The notes under the pieces were generated by a model, which saw nothing but the letters and a program-made list of their open reading frames with translations, did no database searches and had not been told where the DNA came from. Of a DNA stretch of 64,000 bases, positions 61,859 to 64,000 are shown piece by piece. The translations under genes were made by a program, and so were the position numbers. Within the stretch, counting starts at the first letter, position 1, and the number at the start of each line of letters is the position of its first letter. Source of the DNA: Trypanosoma brucei (taxonomy: Eukaryota); contig CM000208.1 in NCBI GenBank assembly GCA_000002445.1, forward strand, positions 2,880,001-2,944,000, in the 5' to 3' direction.

Positions 61859-64000
61859 CTACATTATTACACAGTAATGGCAACCCTGTTTAACAGGGTC
61901 TCTGTCTCTATGGTTATCTCTATTTTCCCGCTTCGTTTTCTTTCCTTTTCCTTTGTGAACCTCGGGGGACTCACTTGCAAGAGTACCACTAAGCTCGAGG
62001 ATTTCACCACGCGGACAGTCCAGGCGGTTCTCTTCTTCACAAGCGACTAATATGTGTGAACTCTTTGGCTGAGATTCCAATAACCCGGGAGACGAAGACG
62101 TATTAGCCGTCGTTCCAACGGTCAGCTCCACTTCCTTGAAGGAAATTTCGCTCTCGTCTCCGCCCGCATGCAGAGAAGGTTGATCATCAAGTGTCTCAAC
62201 GTCACACTGATCAGCACTGTCAGTAATGATTTGCTCACCAACACTTTGAGGTGATTGTTCTCCCTTTTCGGGGTCTATATCACACGATACCGCACGTACC
62301 GCGACCGAATTCGGCAGGGGCACTGGATTGAGCTCCTTTTCCTCACCGCAAAAGGTGGAAGGCGATGATAATGACGATGGTTCTGGATCATCAGCCTCAT
62401 CAATGTCAGCAGAGCCCACAGCCCGACAACACACCATCTCAGTCAAATCCTCTTGGAACTGTACGCTTTCCCATGATATTTGTGAGCGAAAGCCATCACC
62501 ATTTTGTCCTTCATTATGGTCTGTAAGAGCCTTTCGTTGGGGCCCAACTGGACTCCCTATCAAACTGTCCTCCCCCACTTCATAATGATAGGAATAATCC
62601 GACAGCGCATCGAGTACCTCTGAGTTGAAAAAAGGTACAGAGCCATGCGAATCGTTACTTTTCTTGTGTACTGATTGGGACGCATCGGTGTCATTGGAGG
62701 CACCCGCTGGTTGATGCTGTTCTGACTGAAGTGTGACTAAATGTTGGAGAACATTCTCCTTCACCTCGTTTGGTGCATTAAGGGGTGCACCAAACACCAG
62801 TGCTAAAGGCATCAGTGGTTCGAGGGTTAAAAGGCCACCGCAGCACGCAAACGGGCTCCCAGAGGCTCCCAATGGTTCCACAAGTTGTTCGTCCACCTTG
62901 AAGAAAGCCAATAAAAAGATGTTATTGGTCTCGTTATATTCATGCACTTCCCACGAGTGAACCTCTTTACAACTTAGTTTGTGAAGTCCAACACATGCAG
63001 GTATCCCTGCATCAAGCATTGAAAGACCAATTGAAGGGTCACCAACGTCCAGAAAAGCTAAACCGTTTAGTGCCTCAGTCTTGCTGCACGGAGGCAGGCA
63101 TGCCATTAGTGAAACAAAACCAACTACTTGAATCTCCCCAGGCAAGTAGTCATCAAAGTAGTCATCAAAACCTACAGAAAGCTGTGGAAGCATGCTAAGA
63201 GTGCGGCTGACAAGCCAACCCGCAACACGCCTTATGTCTTTCGAACGAAGCAGCCGTTGCTTGTGCCTCATTATTGACCTCTCGCTTCGATCAGGACCTT
63301 CCACTCTGGGGGCAGCATCCTGTGGCGGCGCCGGTGGGGCACAGTTGTCCTGGTATAGCTTAGTTTTCAAAGTGTCGTCATTTCCTGCTGCCACACCGGC
63401 GCATGGATTTATACCCACAATCTTGCGTAATGCTAACAGCTCTTCCAACAGGTTTTTGTGTTCCTTCGGATGAAACAGGGACGAGTCATCATTGGGCTTT
63501 TGGGGCGGTGGCTTTGTCTTGATGTGTTTCAAGCGCTGGGTGTAGCGCATGGTGCTCATAGTCTCCTGTACAAACTGCACATCGGGGTGAATGCAAGCCA
63601 CAAACACAGTCATGGAGGCGCCACATAGATACCGTTGGAGAAGCACTGTAAGTGTCGTGTCACGAAAGTTAACATAAGAAGAAGAACCATCTGGCCTTCG
63701 GCGAATCGTGCTGAGGGCCTCCAAAACAGTGCTAAGACGGGAGAGCGACTTATTTATCGCAATACTCTCACTATTCAGCTGCGGGGAATATGTGGTTTGA
63801 CGCTCACTTCCCGCTAAGTCAACCATACAGAGCCTAAGACCACGACTCTTGATAGTAAAAAGCGCATGGCTCCGACTGCTTCGAGAGTTACGTTCGGTTG
63901 GAGCCGTACGTCTTGTCTCCATGCCGAACGCCGAAACTGCTTCCCATTCCTGCAGAGTTGAAAGCGAACAGGTAGTCAGATCCTCTACTATAATTGCAAC
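61859..64000 (-). CDS. Kinesin, 5'-truncated by the window edge. The motor domain continues beyond position 64000, and the frame is open upstream of the ATG at 63922.
   Basis: SSRSHALFTI (switch I) and LCMVDLAGSER (switch II) lie near the window end, followed by the neck and a long Ser/Glu/Asp-rich tail. No stop occurs between 63923 and 64000 in this frame. Confidence 0.8.
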   Translation of the reverse strand, partial: VAIIVEDLTTCSLSTLQEWEAVSAFGMETRRTAPTERNSRSSRSHALFTIKSRGLRLCMVDLAGSERQTTYSPQLNSESIAINKSLSRLSTVLEALSTIRRRPDGSSSYVNFRDTTLTVLLQRYLCGASMTVFVACIHPDVQFVQETMSTMRYTQRLKHIKTKPPPQKPNDDSSLFHPKEHKNLLEELLALRKIVGINPCAGVAAGNDDTLKTKLYQDNCAPPAPPQDAAPRVEGPDRSERSIMRHKQRLLRSKDIRRVAGWLVSRTLSMLPQLSVGFDDYFDDYLPGEIQVVGFVSLMACLPPCSKTEALNGLAFLDVGDPSIGLSMLDAGIPACVGLHKLSCKEVHSWEVHEYNETNNIFLLAFFKVDEQLVEPLGASGSPFACCGGLLTLEPLMPLALVFGAPLNAPNEVKENVLQHLVTLQSEQHQPAGASNDTDASQSVHKKSNDSHGSVPFFNSEVLDALSDYSYHYEVGEDSLIGSPVGPQRKALTDHNEGQNGDGFRSQISWESVQFQEDLTEMVCCRAVGSADIDEADDPEPSSLSSPSTFCGEEKELNPVPLPNSVAVRAVSCDIDPEKGEQSPQSVGEQIITDSADQCDVETLDDQPSLHAGGDESEISFKEVELTVGTTANTSSSPGLLESQPKSSHILVACEEENRLDCPRGEILELSGTLASESPEVHKGKGKKTKRENRDNHRDRDPVKQGCHYCVIM

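Noticed and set aside
1-64000. A prokaryotic-type novel defence or mobile system, as hinted by the task framing.
   Set aside because: The window is eukaryotic and kinetoplastid: polycistronic same-strand arrays, trans-splice signals and eukaryote-specific proteins (NOC2, kinesin, Got1, PRA1, PROPPIN). There is no operon-like clustering of nuclease, ATPase and methylase modules, no repeats or spacer arrays, and no integrase or transposase.

Overview
This window reads as a nuclear chromosomal core region of a kinetoplastid, Trypanosoma-like and most consistent with the T. brucei group. The evidence is intron-less, densely packed genes in long same-strand arrays, CT-rich polypyrimidine tracts followed by AG just upstream of most first ATGs (trans-splicing signals), and kinetoplastid-typical gene content. 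The architecture is two converging polycistronic transcription units: about 16 genes on the + strand (1-32149) and about 16 on the - strand (33574-64000), meeting at a gene-free convergent strand-switch region of about 1.4 kb (32150-33573). Confidently recognisable products are ribulose-5-phosphate 3-epimerase, a short-chain dehydrogenase, an M20 metallopeptidase, a GT31-type UDP-sugar glycosyltransferase, gamma-glutamylcysteine synthetase (679 aa), a TPR-containing DnaJ protein, a MATE transporter, a Got1 homolog, NOC2 and a kinesin whose motor domain runs off the 3' edge of the window. More unusual genes are a T5orf172 (GIY-YIG-like) plus SF2 helicase plus U1-type zinc-finger fusion, a protein with about a dozen RanBP2-type Cys4 zinc fingers next to a CCCH/RGG protein, two PRA1-family paralogues flanking a triple-PDZ protein, a WIPI/Atg18-like PROPPIN with a degenerate FRRG motif, and a rhodanese plus TehB-like methyltransferase fusion. 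Many ORFs in the six-frame track begin at TTG or GTG and run through polypyrimidine tracts; I re-anchored those to the first plausible ATG after the splice signal. The numerous 60-180 aa antisense and overlapping ORFs are treated as compositional artefacts. I found no prokaryote-style defence, CRISPR or mobile-element system, and could not support any tRNA, snRNA, snoRNA or retroposon call from the sequence alone.
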